A stretch of 64,000 nt of DNA from Candidatus Heimdallarchaeota archaeon (GCA_021399345.1 JAAFKI010000175.1:1-64000); one strand, 5' to 3'; counted from the first letter of the stretch, positions 20,979 to 30,979 are shown. Notes: a model not told the origin generated them from the sequence alone. A program made the numbers and translations.

Positions 20979-22805
20979 ATGTGTGGAATTGTCGGAATTG
21001 TTCAACAGCAAGAAACAAAGATAGGAAAGACCATTATAGAAGCTTTAACCAAACTGGAATATAGAGGATATGATAGTGTAGGTATCGCATCTATTCTCGA
21101 TAATAAGGTTTTGATTACCAAAGATCAGGGAAAGATATCTGAAGTAACAGAAAGGATTGATATCAATAAGATAAAGGGGAAAATTGCTATAGGTCATACA
21201 CGTTGGGCAACTCATGGTCCTCCAACTAAAGAAAATGCTCATCCACACATCGATTGCAGTGGAGAAATATCAGTAATCCATAACGGAATTATAGAAAATT
21301 TTCGAGCATTAAAAGAAGAATTATTGAATCAAGGACACTCATTTCAATCAGAAACAGATACAGAAATAATCCCACATATGATAGAACAATTGGTGAAAAA
21401 AGAAGGCGTTTCATTGAAAGAAGCCATAATTCAAGTGGTTAGAAGAATTGAAGGTACATTTGCAATATGTGTTGTGTCTAGCATTGAACCAGACAAAATC
21501 TTTTGTGCAAAACGAGACAGTCCATTGGTTATAGGAATTAATTCAGATAGAATGTTTTGTGCATCAGATATTCCTGCATTTCTAGATAAAACACGAAAAG
21601 TAGTTCTCTTACATGATGATGAATTCGTTACATTATCTTCAAAAGGATATGAAATCATTGACTTTAACACAATGGAGAAAATACAGAGAAAACCACACAT
21701 AGTCTCTTGGAAACCAGAAATGGCACAAAAAGCAGGTTTCCCACATTTTATGTTAAAAGAAATACATGAACAACCAAACTCCCTAGCAGATTATATTAGA
21801 ATAAAGCAACCCTCACTTACCAGAATTGCAGAAAAAATCTATAAAGCAGAAAAAATCTTTCTTTTAGCAGCTGGAACAGCTCACTATTCTACTCTAACAG
21901 GGGAGCATTTGATTAGAAGGTATGCAAAAAAATCTTGTAGTTCAATCATTGCCTCAGAATATGATTCGATTACTAGTTTAATTGATGAAGATACAGTAAT
22001 CTTACCTGTGAGTCAAAGTGGGGAGACAATGGACACAATAATGGCAATCAAGAGTGCTAAAGAGCTAGGTGCATCAATACTCTCAGCTGTTAATGTAATC
22101 GGGAGTACAATCACTCGTCATTCTGAAGAAGTATTGTATTTGTATGCAGGACCAGAGATAGGTGTAGCAGCAACAAAAACTTACACTGCTCAAACAATTG
22201 CAATGTGGGATATAGGTTTGGAACTTGGAAAACTCTCAGGAGAATTAAACAACTCCGAATACTCTGCAGCTAGAAAGCTGTTCCAAGAAATACCTACTGT
22301 TGTCAAACAAACCATTGTTAGAAATGAGTCAAGAGCTAATCATATTGCTTCATGGTTTGCTAAGAAGAACAGCAGTTTCTATTTAGGAAGAGGATTAAAT
22401 CTACAAACAGCAAATGAGGGGGCACTAAAGATGAAAGAAATAGCCTATATTCACAGTGAATCATATCCAGCAGGAGAATCAAAACATGGACCAATAGCTC
22501 TAGTGGAAGAAGATTATCCGGTAGTATTCGTGGTGCCGAAGGATCAAACAAACAAAAAGATGATCAGTAATATCATGGAGATGAAAGCAAGAGGGGCAAC
22601 AGCAATAGTAGTGATGGAGGAGGGAGACAGAGACGTAGAGGATTTGGCAAAATGGAAATTAGAAATACCTAAAGGATATTCAGAAATGTTATCGACAATA
22701 CCATTCATTATTCCGCTACAGCATCTAGCGTACTATACAGCTGTGAGAAAAGGATGTTCTGTTGATACTCCAAAAAACTTGAGCAAAACTTTGACAGTAC
22801 TTTAA
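20979..22805 (+). CDS. glmS: Glutamine-fructose-6-phosphate transaminase
   Basis: N-terminal MCGIVG, HTRWATHG, SQSGET, KHGP, PKNLSK. Confidence 0.97.
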   Translation: MCGIVGIVQQQETKIGKTIIEALTKLEYRGYDSVGIASILDNKVLITKDQGKISEVTERIDINKIKGKIAIGHTRWATHGPPTKENAHPHIDCSGEISVIHNGIIENFRALKEELLNQGHSFQSETDTEIIPHMIEQLVKKEGVSLKEAIIQVVRRIEGTFAICVVSSIEPDKIFCAKRDSPLVIGINSDRMFCASDIPAFLDKTRKVVLLHDDEFVTLSSKGYEIIDFNTMEKIQRKPHIVSWKPEMAQKAGFPHFMLKEIHEQPNSLADYIRIKQPSLTRIAEKIYKAEKIFLLAAGTAHYSTLTGEHLIRRYAKKSCSSIIASEYDSITSLIDEDTVILPVSQSGETMDTIMAIKSAKELGASILSAVNVIGSTITRHSEEVLYLYAGPEIGVAATKTYTAQTIAMWDIGLELGKLSGELNNSEYSAARKLFQEIPTVVKQTIVRNESRANHIASWFAKKNSSFYLGRGLNLQTANEGALKMKEIAYIHSESYPAGESKHGPIALVEEDYPVVFVVPKDQTNKKMISNIMEMKARGATAIVVMEEGDRDVEDLAKWKLEIPKGYSEMLSTIPFIIPLQHLAYYTAVRKGCSVDTPKNLSKTLTVL

Positions 22806-22859
22806 AATTACTAAATAAGAAAAGGATATAATTAGGAAAAGACAAAGGTGTAAAAGAAA

Positions 22860-24080
22860 ATGAAAGCAGTAATTCTTGCAGGTGGTAAAGGAATTGACCT
22901 TTTTCCACTTACTCAAACTAGACCCAAACCAATGATTACACTTCTTGGTAAACCTATTCTAGAATATTTGATTAAAGAATTAAAAGAAGTTGGTTTAACT
23001 GATATTTTAATAGTTACAGGATATAAGGGAGAACAAATTAGGAATTATTTCGGAAAAGGTAAAGATTTCGGTGTTTGTATTCACTATGCAGATCAAGGGG
23101 ATAAGGAAGGTATAGTTGCAGCAATATTGGCTGCAGAAGAATATATCAATGATGATTCTAGATTTTTGCTCTTATTTAGCGACATTGTTTCTGAGAAGGG
23201 TCTAATTCAGAGGACTCTCAATGCTTATGAAAATACTCAATCTGATATGACCATGACCCTTACTCTTCAAGGTGATACAGGAAATTTTGGTATTGTTGAA
23301 ATAGATTCTATGGGAATGGTCAAAAAAGCAGGCATCAAAACAGCTGAATTATCTTCTCGCAGCAAATATGTTGATGCTGGCTGTTTTATCATTAAAACAG
23401 ATATCTTTGAGGAAATAAGAAACGGTGCTTCCTTAGGGCAAGCTATCAACAATCGCATTGAAAAGGGTGATAAAGTAGCAGCTGCCATCTGGGAAAAAGA
23501 ATGGATAGACATCGGAAAACCATGGAATATCATAGAAGCAAATAAACTACTACTATCAAAAGTTAAAGAAACCAGAATTGCTAGTGACGTTATCATAGGT
23601 GCCAATGTCGAATTGAAAAACTCGGTAATAATTGAAAGTGGAACAGAAATAAGTTCTGGCGCAGTTCTCAATGGACCGCTCTATATTGGACCCAATAGCT
23701 ATATTGGAAACAATACTCTAGTTCGTGACCATTGTTCTATAGGTGAAGGAACAATAGTTGGTTTTGGAAGCGAAATTAAGAATTCAGTTCTTTTTGAAGG
23801 AGCTAAAATCTTTGGTTTGTGTTATGTTGGTGATAGTGTAATAGGTAAAAATACTATTCTGTCTTCAGGAGTTATCACAGTAAATACTGAAACACCACGA
23901 AAAGAGATTGAGATGGATGTAGGTGGAAAGGCTCTATCTACAGGTCTTACTAAACTTGGTGCCATCATTGGAGATAACTGTGAGATAGGTGTTAATTGTC
24001 TAATCTGCCCTGGAAGAAAAATCGCCTCAGGAAGTGTTGTTTCTTCTGGAACTTCAGTAAAAACTGATATCAAAAATTAG
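22860..24080 (+). CDS. glmU: Bifunctional sugar-1-phosphate nucleotidyltransferase/acetyltransferase (archaeal GlmU-like)
   Basis: AVILAGG.G..L.PLT.TRPKP plus hexapeptide-repeat domain; follows glmS. Confidence 0.85.
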   Translation: MKAVILAGGKGIDLFPLTQTRPKPMITLLGKPILEYLIKELKEVGLTDILIVTGYKGEQIRNYFGKGKDFGVCIHYADQGDKEGIVAAILAAEEYINDDSRFLLLFSDIVSEKGLIQRTLNAYENTQSDMTMTLTLQGDTGNFGIVEIDSMGMVKKAGIKTAELSSRSKYVDAGCFIIKTDIFEEIRNGASLGQAINNRIEKGDKVAAAIWEKEWIDIGKPWNIIEANKLLLSKVKETRIASDVIIGANVELKNSVIIESGTEISSGAVLNGPLYIGPNSYIGNNTLVRDHCSIGEGTIVGFGSEIKNSVLFEGAKIFGLCYVGDSVIGKNTILSSGVITVNTETPRKEIEMDVGGKALSTGLTKLGAIIGDNCEIGVNCLICPGRKIASGSVVSSGTSVKTDIKN

Positions 24081-24147
24081 ATTTAGTATTAAAAAATATT
24101 AAAGAAAGAAAAAAGAAAGTAAAGAGTTTCTACTTTTTTTTGATTTT

Positions 24148-24423
24148 TTAGTAATCAAAGTCAGTAATTTCTAACAGGGTAATTATCTGCAACAACATAG
24201 TTCTAGCATGGGCTGGGCAATTAGGATCTTGCGATATTTCATCAAGGATTTCAATTGCATTGTTAGCTTTCACTGCTAAACTTAGCTCTGGATCTGGTTC
24301 TCTTATTATCTCCAGCGAATTTGTTGCTGCTCTTCTAATATTCCTTGGGACTGTTGTATCCTCACTTATTCTTTCCAAAAGCTGTACTGCTTCATCTATT
24401 TGTTCGAGGGTCTCATCGTTCAT
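24148..24423 (-). CDS. UPF0147-family archaeal protein
   Basis: DTTVPRNIRRAA, DPNCPAHART. Confidence 0.9.
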   Translation of the reverse strand: MNDETLEQIDEAVQLLERISEDTTVPRNIRRAATNSLEIIREPDPELSLAVKANNAIEILDEISQDPNCPAHARTMLLQIITLLEITDFDY

Positions 24424-24550
24424 TTTAATACCCCTTTCAAAAGTTATGGTCAGTATCTTTCTTACACTCTATTTTTTAATCATTTCGGTTTAAAAGAAAA
24501 TAATAAATAAAAATAATCGATGTTTCTTTAAAAGGTTGTATTTCGTTTGT

Positions 24551-25495
24551 TTATTGATTTAACCACTTCACATAATCAACGATTCCTTCTTCTATGGAGA
24601 TTTTAGCATCCCAACCTAAGGATTGCAGTTTCAAAGTATCAACTGAAGTAAACACTACATCCCCCTTCCATCCCCTCTTTCCTCCTGTAAAAGTGAAGTT
24701 GACTTCTTCTAAACCTAATGCTTCTGACATATTGATAGCTACTTGTTTTACTGTAGTTTGCTCATCTGAACTAACATTGTAAACATCAAATCCCTTCTTC
24801 ATCTTTGTATGAGTCACATCAAAAGCATTTATTGTGTCATTTATATGTAGATAGGTTTTTGTTTGAGATCCATCCCCAAGAATTTCTAAATTACTTGGAT
24901 CTTTCTTCAACTTATTGTAGAAATCAAACATAACACCATGTGTAGAACGAGGTCCATAGATGTTTCCTAATCTCAAAGAGACTATATCAATACCGTATAA
25001 TGAGGAATAACTTGAACAATACATTTCTGCTGCGGCTTTTGCAGCGCCGTAGTTACTAATTGGTTTCAATTGATAATTTTCAGGTGTTGGATAAATTTCT
25101 GGTTCGCCGTAAACTGTTCCAAGAGAGCTAGCAAAAATAAGTTTTGAGATTTCTTTTTTTCTCATAAATTCTAATATGTTGAACGTCCCAAGTATATTAA
25201 CTTCAAAATCAAAACGTGGATCACTAACGCTTAATTTTACATCTGCTTGTGCAGCTAAATGGAATACATATTCAAAATCACTGTCCAATTCCATTAATTT
25301 ATCATAATCTCTGACATCTGTTTTACTAAAGGTGGCAGTGCCATTCTCTATGTGGGATTTGAGATACCTTAAATCGGTTTTTGCAGACAAATCATCTACT
25401 ACTGTTACATGGAATCCTTTCTTAATCAATAGATCCACTAAATAGGAACCAATAAAACCACACCCTCCAGTTATTAGAACATTCTTTGAAATAAT
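24551..25495 (-). CDS. NAD-dependent epimerase/dehydratase (GalE-like), apparent ATT start
   Basis: Rossmann VLITGGCGFIGS lies upstream of the ORF-track start; YGAAK; only ATT codons follow the AAGGAGG element. Confidence 0.88.
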   Translation of the reverse strand: MISKNVLITGGCGFIGSYLVDLLIKKGFHVTVVDDLSAKTDLRYLKSHIENGTATFSKTDVRDYDKLMELDSDFEYVFHLAAQADVKLSVSDPRFDFEVNILGTFNILEFMRKKEISKLIFASSLGTVYGEPEIYPTPENYQLKPISNYGAAKAAAEMYCSSYSSLYGIDIVSLRLGNIYGPRSTHGVMFDFYNKLKKDPSNLEILGDGSQTKTYLHINDTINAFDVTHTKMKKGFDVYNVSSDEQTTVKQVAINMSEALGLEEVNFTFTGGKRGWKGDVVFTSVDTLKLQSLGWDAKISIEEGIVDYVKWLNQ

Positions 25496-25512
25496 AAAAA
25501 CCTCCTTGAAAA

Positions 25513-26778
25513 CTAATTAATAGCTTTAGCAAAATTTTCAAGTGCAGTCAAGAATATTTCGATTTCTTCCATTGTATTGTAAATATATAGTGAAGCACGA
25601 GTTACTCCATCTCCTTTAGCAGGACTCATACCTATTTGATATTGAAATGGGTGCACACACATGTTTCCAGATCGCATTAGAATCTTATTATGTGGCAACA
25701 TTTCGTTGAAATACTCCGTAACATCATTGTGATTCATAGAATCTGATTTTGGCCTAAATGATACAAGAGCTGCTCTTTGTTTATAATCAAGAGGGCCAAG
25801 AACTTCAAATTTTTCTAATTCTAGAACTCCTTCCAAAAGTCTTCTTGAGAAAGCTTGTTCTCTTTTGTGTATGTTATCCAACCCTATTTTTTGTAAGTAG
25901 TCAACAGCTGCACCAGCTCCTAACATGCCACCATAGTTTTGTAATCCTGCCTCGAATTTGTGTGGTGGTGGTAGGTATTTTGGAATAATTTTACCATCTC
26001 TATAGACAACATCCTCAATTACATCACCACCTACAAGAAACATTCCTAGTTTTTCTAGTAGTTCATATTTGCCGTATAGAATACCAACACCTGTGGGACC
26101 ACATGCTTTGTGAACACTCAAAACACTGAAATCAACATCCAATTTTTGTACATCTAACTTATGATGAGGTGCATATTGAGCTTCATCAGAAACCACCCAA
26201 GCTCCATGTTCATGAGCGATTTTAACAATGTCTTCTAAAGGTGCAATGGTTCCGGTAAGGTTTGAAGCATGTACAAATGATACAATCTTAGTTTTATCAT
26301 CTATTTTTTCTTCAAAATCAGTTAGGTCAAAAGTACCATCAGATTTTGCATTTACAATTCGCAATTCACTCCCAGTTTCTTGACATTTCTTGAAGAACGG
26401 GAGCATTCCACTATGATGTTCTAAAGATGTTGTGACAACATTTTCATCTTTCTTTATTGGAAGAGTGGCAGCAACAATGTTCAAACCTTCTGTTGCATTT
26501 CGCGTCCAAACAATTTCATTTGAGCTTTTTGCATTGATAAATGATGCAAGCTTCTGCCTTGATTCTTCAGTAAGTAAACTTGTTTCAATACCAAGGCTAT
26601 GAGTTGACCTTCCCGCGCCACCACAAGCCCCTAGATATTTGTAGTAATATTCCATAGCTTCCCAAACTTGAACTGGTTTGAGTGCCATACATGCTGAATC
26701 AAAATAAATTAGGCTTTTCCCTTCGTAAAGTTCATTTAAAACGGGAAAATCTTTTCTAATACGAGACCAAACAACCAT
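25513..26778 (-). CDS. sufS: Cysteine desulfurase, SufS-type
   Basis: IRKDFP, EHHS, DEAQ, SVHKACGP PLP lysine, RSGNMC catalytic Cys. Confidence 0.85.
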   Translation of the reverse strand: MVVWSRIRKDFPVLNELYEGKSLIYFDSACMALKPVQVWEAMEYYYKYLGACGGAGRSTHSLGIETSLLTEESRQKLASFINAKSSNEIVWTRNATEGLNIVAATLPIKKDENVVTTSLEHHSGMLPFFKKCQETGSELRIVNAKSDGTFDLTDFEEKIDDKTKIVSFVHASNLTGTIAPLEDIVKIAHEHGAWVVSDEAQYAPHHKLDVQKLDVDFSVLSVHKACGPTGVGILYGKYELLEKLGMFLVGGDVIEDVVYRDGKIIPKYLPPPHKFEAGLQNYGGMLGAGAAVDYLQKIGLDNIHKREQAFSRRLLEGVLELEKFEVLGPLDYKQRAALVSFRPKSDSMNHNDVTEYFNEMLPHNKILMRSGNMCVHPFQYQIGMSPAKGDGVTRASLYIYNTMEEIEIFLTALENFAKAIN

Positions 26779-26790
26779 TTTTATCACACT

Positions 26791-27030
26791 TTATTTGTCT
26801 GGATCTGAGAGGAGCTTCCACTCAAACCCTTCTACTGTCCATTTTCTCTTGACGATTCCTTCTTCAACTAATTGTTTTCCTGCCAAAATTACATCCCCAC
26901 CTGAGGAACATCCAGCACATAAATCAGGAAAAAGATCCCTCATAGCCATAATCTCTTTTGTAGTAGCAGGATTTTTCTTCCTTAAGATTTTAAGTACACA
27001 TTGAACATTACGTTCTTCGAAGTCGCTCAT
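26791..27030 (-). CDS. Small winged-helix-like protein with CxxC
   Basis: PATTKEI..CAGCSSG..LVEEGIVKR..FEWKL; stop lies just upstream of sufS. Confidence 0.6.
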   Translation of the reverse strand: MSDFEERNVQCVLKILRKKNPATTKEIMAMRDLFPDLCAGCSSGGDVILAGKQLVEEGIVKRKWTVEGFEWKLLSDPDK

Positions 27031-27101
27031 AGTATCAAATAGTTAGTCTTAATTGTAAATTTAAATCATTCTACTCTTGTAACCTAAAATCAATATTAAA
27101 T

Positions 27102-28010
27102 TTAGAAAAACTCAGAGAGAGATTTTTGACCCTTTAGCTTCAAGGGTTTTTCAGAAAAAATCATCAAATGGCCATTAATTTTTGAAAGATTAGTAACATA
27201 ATAGCTGTTATTTACTCTGGTAACTAAGAGCTTTCCCTTTACTCCAACAATTATCCCAGTAACTTGTAGTGTTTTTTCAACTTCATTTAATATTGGATTT
27301 ACATCCAATGAAGGAATATCCCCATAATATGAAGATAGGCTTATTTCCTTACGTAATAAGTCTGATGGCTCTGATACAAGAGATTGATTTTCTAGATATG
27401 ACAAAACATCCTTTGTTAATTTTCTAAAATCAGGCAGAGAACGAGTGAGATTATAATTCAATTTTTTCGCTTTTGTTGCTTTTCGTATTGTTTGTGATAT
27501 ACCTAAATCTGAGGAAATTTGTTTTTCAATTGTACGGGCTTCAAATCCATTTTTAACTCTAAGGATTTCTATTGCTACATCAGCTCCTTGATTCATCCAC
27601 CTCTTTAAAGGGTTAAATGAAACACCAACTTTCACGTCATTTGCAATAAGGGCAAGATAAACTGAGCTTTTGTGAGTTTTACAATATTCATAAGCTGCTG
27701 AATTAGCACAATTCCCAAAAGGCTTTGATGCATCACAAAAGAGGAAACAGCGTTGAAAATCTTGTTGTTCACAGGTGTAACATCTATTGTATTGATCAGT
27801 AACTGAATTGTTACAAAAGTAATATTCTTCCTTATTTATTGAATGTCCTATACATATTTTTTCTTCAGATATTGTTACGTTAAAAGAATCACCCGGAGAA
27901 AGAGATTTCTTTATTATTTCGTTAGAATTATGATTTGGTTTTCTCAGAAAAAGAAAGGCAAAAGGAAAGGTTGAAGGATTCCATTTAACAGCTGTTAAGT
28001 GCTCCATCAT
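27102..28010 (-). CDS. DUF2797-like Cys-rich protein with C-terminal PIP box
   Basis: ICIG, CYTC, VYLA..VKVGVS..RWMNQGA, GVKGKLL; ends QKSLSEFF. Confidence 0.75.
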   Translation of the reverse strand: MMEHLTAVKWNPSTFPFAFLFLRKPNHNSNEIIKKSLSPGDSFNVTISEEKICIGHSINKEEYYFCNNSVTDQYNRCYTCEQQDFQRCFLFCDASKPFGNCANSAAYEYCKTHKSSVYLALIANDVKVGVSFNPLKRWMNQGADVAIEILRVKNGFEARTIEKQISSDLGISQTIRKATKAKKLNYNLTRSLPDFRKLTKDVLSYLENQSLVSEPSDLLRKEISLSSYYGDIPSLDVNPILNEVEKTLQVTGIIVGVKGKLLVTRVNNSYYVTNLSKINGHLMIFSEKPLKLKGQKSLSEFF

Positions 28011-28026
28011 AGAATTCCCCTTAGTA

Positions 28027-29466
28027 TTATTCAGACATTACAAGTATATGTTCTTCTCCAGCAGATAGTTGTTTTTGACATTCTTCAAAAATCAAATATA
28101 TTTTTTCTTTGAGCTGAGTAGAAATAATTCCTTTATCTGTTAAATGATCAATAAGACCTTCATCGATAGTTTTTATCTCTTCTTCCTTTTTAACTAAAAG
28201 TAGTCCTAAGTCAATATATCTGAGTTTTCCACCACTGCAAAGCTCTATGGGTGTCACTATTTTTACTGTTTCACCTAAAAGATTGTCGTCTCGAAGAATC
28301 TTCATATGTAGCGACCAACTGTTTTCTTTGGCAATTATGGAGGAAGTATCACCCTGACTAATATCTATATCAAGACTATAATGGACACCTCGAGAGGATC
28401 TAAAGCTTCTTTTGATGATTAGAACATCATCTGACCAACTTAACTGACCTAAGATTCTTTCTTGGGGAGGAGAAGTCAATTTATATTCTTGCAAATACAT
28501 AATAGAATTATCACTGAAGTCGTTATCTAAAATAATATCTTTAAGGATAGTCGATATCTTACTTCCATCTAAATCTTCTGCAATTCTTTCAGCAAAAGTT
28601 GTAGTAAGTTTTAGTTCTTGTGAGTAAGCCATGAACCAGTGATACATAGGTATTGTTGGAATTACCTTGTTTCTGATTTCTGTAAGTCTTTCCTTGGCAT
28701 CTTTAACTAGCAAAACATGAGCAACAGTTTGTCCAGCTTGTAATATTCCAGGCCCATATGACGAACCAGAGATTAGTAAGTCAAGTTCTTCGGCTCTTTG
28801 AACGAGTTGATCAATGTCAGCCTGAATTGCTTCTTGAGGAGCTTTAGTGGCACTAGTTCTCATAATTAAACCGTGATCTTGAGGACGCAAATTTTTACCT
28901 AACTCAAATAATTTATCTCTATCCTCTTTAGGTAATTTTCTTGAAACTCTGACAAAATTCGCGTATCTTTCTAATATTACAGATTGACCAGGAAAATGAA
29001 TAACTGTTGAACAAACAGGTAATTGATCTTCAAATATGTTAAGTTGTTTAATTTGAACTACTACTTTTTGCCCCCGATGGAAACTTGAACCGAATAAAAT
29101 AGCATTGACATTTTCTCCTATATCTATTACTGAAAGATTTTTCTCACTATTTACATGCACAACCTTACCGTTGTAAACGGCGTGTAACTGAATTGGGTGT
29201 TGGAGAATTATTGAATTAGGAATTTGTTTATGAAACAAAGCAGTAATTGAGGAAACATATTCTTCATCTCCTTCTATGGAGATTCCATAACCTCCTAAAA
29301 TGTCCTGAATTTCAATATCATAAGGAGCCAGTTTTTCTTCAATTTTGAATAGAGAAAGTTGTTCTGAAAGAGGTTGAACAAGTTCAAAGTTTAAATTTTC
29401 AGACACTAATTTGATTAGTGCAACATCATAAATACTTCTTACACGAAATGTTGGAGATACCATCAC
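28027..29466 (-). CDS. FAU-1 / RNase E-G-like RNA-binding protein
   Basis: FRVRSIY..AL, S1-like domain, VRVSRKL, GLIMRTSA, TPIEL..YIDL. Confidence 0.8.
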   Translation of the reverse strand: MMVSPTFRVRSIYDVALIKLVSENLNFELVQPLSEQLSLFKIEEKLAPYDIEIQDILGGYGISIEGDEEYVSSITALFHKQIPNSIILQHPIQLHAVYNGKVVHVNSEKNLSVIDIGENVNAILFGSSFHRGQKVVVQIKQLNIFEDQLPVCSTVIHFPGQSVILERYANFVRVSRKLPKEDRDKLFELGKNLRPQDHGLIMRTSATKAPQEAIQADIDQLVQRAEELDLLISGSSYGPGILQAGQTVAHVLLVKDAKERLTEIRNKVIPTIPMYHWFMAYSQELKLTTTFAERIAEDLDGSKISTILKDIILDNDFSDNSIMYLQEYKLTSPPQERILGQLSWSDDVLIIKRSFRSSRGVHYSLDIDISQGDTSSIIAKENSWSLHMKILRDDNLLGETVKIVTPIELCSGGKLRYIDLGLLLVKKEEEIKTIDEGLIDHLTDKGIISTQLKEKIYLIFEECQKQLSAGEEHILVMSE

Positions 29467-29536
29467 AAAGTCACCTATAGGCAGAAATTAACTGCACTGA
29501 ATAAAAACTTAATGAAATAAAAGTTTGAGAAATCAT

Positions 29537-29619
29537 TGGAGCCAGGACGGGGATTTGAACCCCGGAGGCTAATGCCAGAGGTTTTCGAGACCCCCGCCGT
29601 ACCACTTGGCTATCCTGGC
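29537..29619 (-). tRNA. tRNA-Ser(CGA)
   Basis: GCCAGGA/TCCTGGC+TCCA; loop CTCGAAA; long variable arm; TTCAAAT. Confidence 0.95.
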
Positions 29620-29649
29620 ATTAAAGGGTAAAATAGATAATTGTGAGGA

Positions 29650-30240
29650 TTAAAAACGGATAAATTGTCTACTACCACAGTTAGTACAACCTGTAGAAGA
29701 GCAATTGGAACAGTAATGCTTTCCACATTTAGCGCATTTAGAGGCTGCTTTATTACTGCAATTAGTGCACCCTCTTATGCCTATACGATGACTAATTTTT
29801 ACTCCAGCATAAATACTACCAATAACTACACCTATCCCAATTATAGATAAAAGAATTGGACGAATTATTCTCCAAGCTTGTGATGTGTCTGGAGAAGAAT
29901 CTTTCACCAATTTTACTACGGTTGTATCATAATATTCGACTAAATTCCCCACTGGATCAACCCATGTAATATAGGGTTTCACTTCACCTATCATCATCCC
30001 AATAATCTCATCAATAAAATTGACATTTATTACTCCTGGGTTCACAGTAATTCTGAAAGGACCATCTGCAGTATAATTATTGGAAAATTCTCCATTTATC
30101 CAGCTTTCAAAAGCCACATCAACAATATCATCATACTCCACCCCATAAAGCTGGTCATAGGCTTCTACTGTTGTGAACTGAGTAAGAACTAACAACGATA
30201 TAACAACAAGTAATAGTGTATAATGGAAGCGACGACTCAT
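29650..30240 (-). CDS. Single-pass membrane protein: signal peptide, FKBP-like ectodomain, TM helix, cytoplasmic 8-Cys zinc finger (paralog 2)
   Basis: MSRRFHYTLLLVV..VEA; DDIVDVAF..ING..PFRITV..FIDEIIGMMIGEVK; TM; C-x2-C-x7-C-x2-C-x4-C-x2-C-x4-C-x2-C. Confidence 0.75.
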   Translation of the reverse strand: MSRRFHYTLLLVVISLLVLTQFTTVEAYDQLYGVEYDDIVDVAFESWINGEFSNNYTADGPFRITVNPGVINVNFIDEIIGMMIGEVKPYITWVDPVGNLVEYYDTTVVKLVKDSSPDTSQAWRIIRPILLSIIGIGVVIGSIYAGVKISHRIGIRGCTNCSNKAASKCAKCGKHYCSNCSSTGCTNCGSRQFIRF

Positions 30241-30292
30241 TAAGGAGAGAGAAGTAAGAAAACTTAAAAGAATTTCGAAGGGACACATCAAA

Positions 30293-30925
30293 TCATTTGA
30301 ATCTAATGAGGGATCTTCCTTTGCAATTTGGACAACCACTAGAATAACAGCTATCGCAAAATGCTTGACCACAGTTCTTACAAGTACCTAGAGCACTTTT
30401 TTTGCAAACCATACATCGTTTACCGAAAATCTTAGGATAAAAACGATAACCTCCATAAATTAGGAATATTGCCCCTGCTGTCCCTAAAATTCCTCCACCT
30501 ATCACAAGAACCCAATATCCGAAACTTTTCGTTGGTGGTTCAGTTGGAAGTTCAGTAACATGATAACCATTAATCTTGTAAATCTGGAGATTATAATAGG
30601 TTAAAGCTAGACCTACATAAGGTCCGTAAATAAAACCGTCCTCAGGTATTAGATCAACTTTGTCCTTTATTTCTCCGTTTCTCATGCCAATAAGGTGTTG
30701 ATATAGACCAAGAGGATCAATGCTAGTAGTTCTGATAACTATTTTAACAGGATCTTCCTCATCGCGTTCTTCAACAAGCGATCCATTAACATACAGCTGG
30801 TAGCCATAATCAAGAAGGTCCCCATCCTCTACAACATATTTATCCGCAGAAGCAGGAGTACTAACTATTGATAACCCTACAATCAGAGGTACAACAAACA
30901 TGAATAATAGAGCATATCGCTTCAT
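30293..30925 (-). CDS. Single-pass membrane protein: signal peptide, FKBP-like ectodomain, TM helix, cytoplasmic 8-Cys zinc finger (paralog 1)
   Basis: MKRYALLF..ASA; VEDGDLLDYGYQLYVNG..GLYQHLIGMRNGEIK..IPEDGF; TM; same Cys spacing as paralog 2. Confidence 0.78.
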   Translation of the reverse strand: MKRYALLFMFVVPLIVGLSIVSTPASADKYVVEDGDLLDYGYQLYVNGSLVEERDEEDPVKIVIRTTSIDPLGLYQHLIGMRNGEIKDKVDLIPEDGFIYGPYVGLALTYYNLQIYKINGYHVTELPTEPPTKSFGYWVLVIGGGILGTAGAIFLIYGGYRFYPKIFGKRCMVCKKSALGTCKNCGQAFCDSCYSSGCPNCKGRSLIRFK

Positions 30926-30979
30926 CAAGAACAATTGACTATTGAAATAATAAAAAGCTATCGAATAAAAAGATATAAA

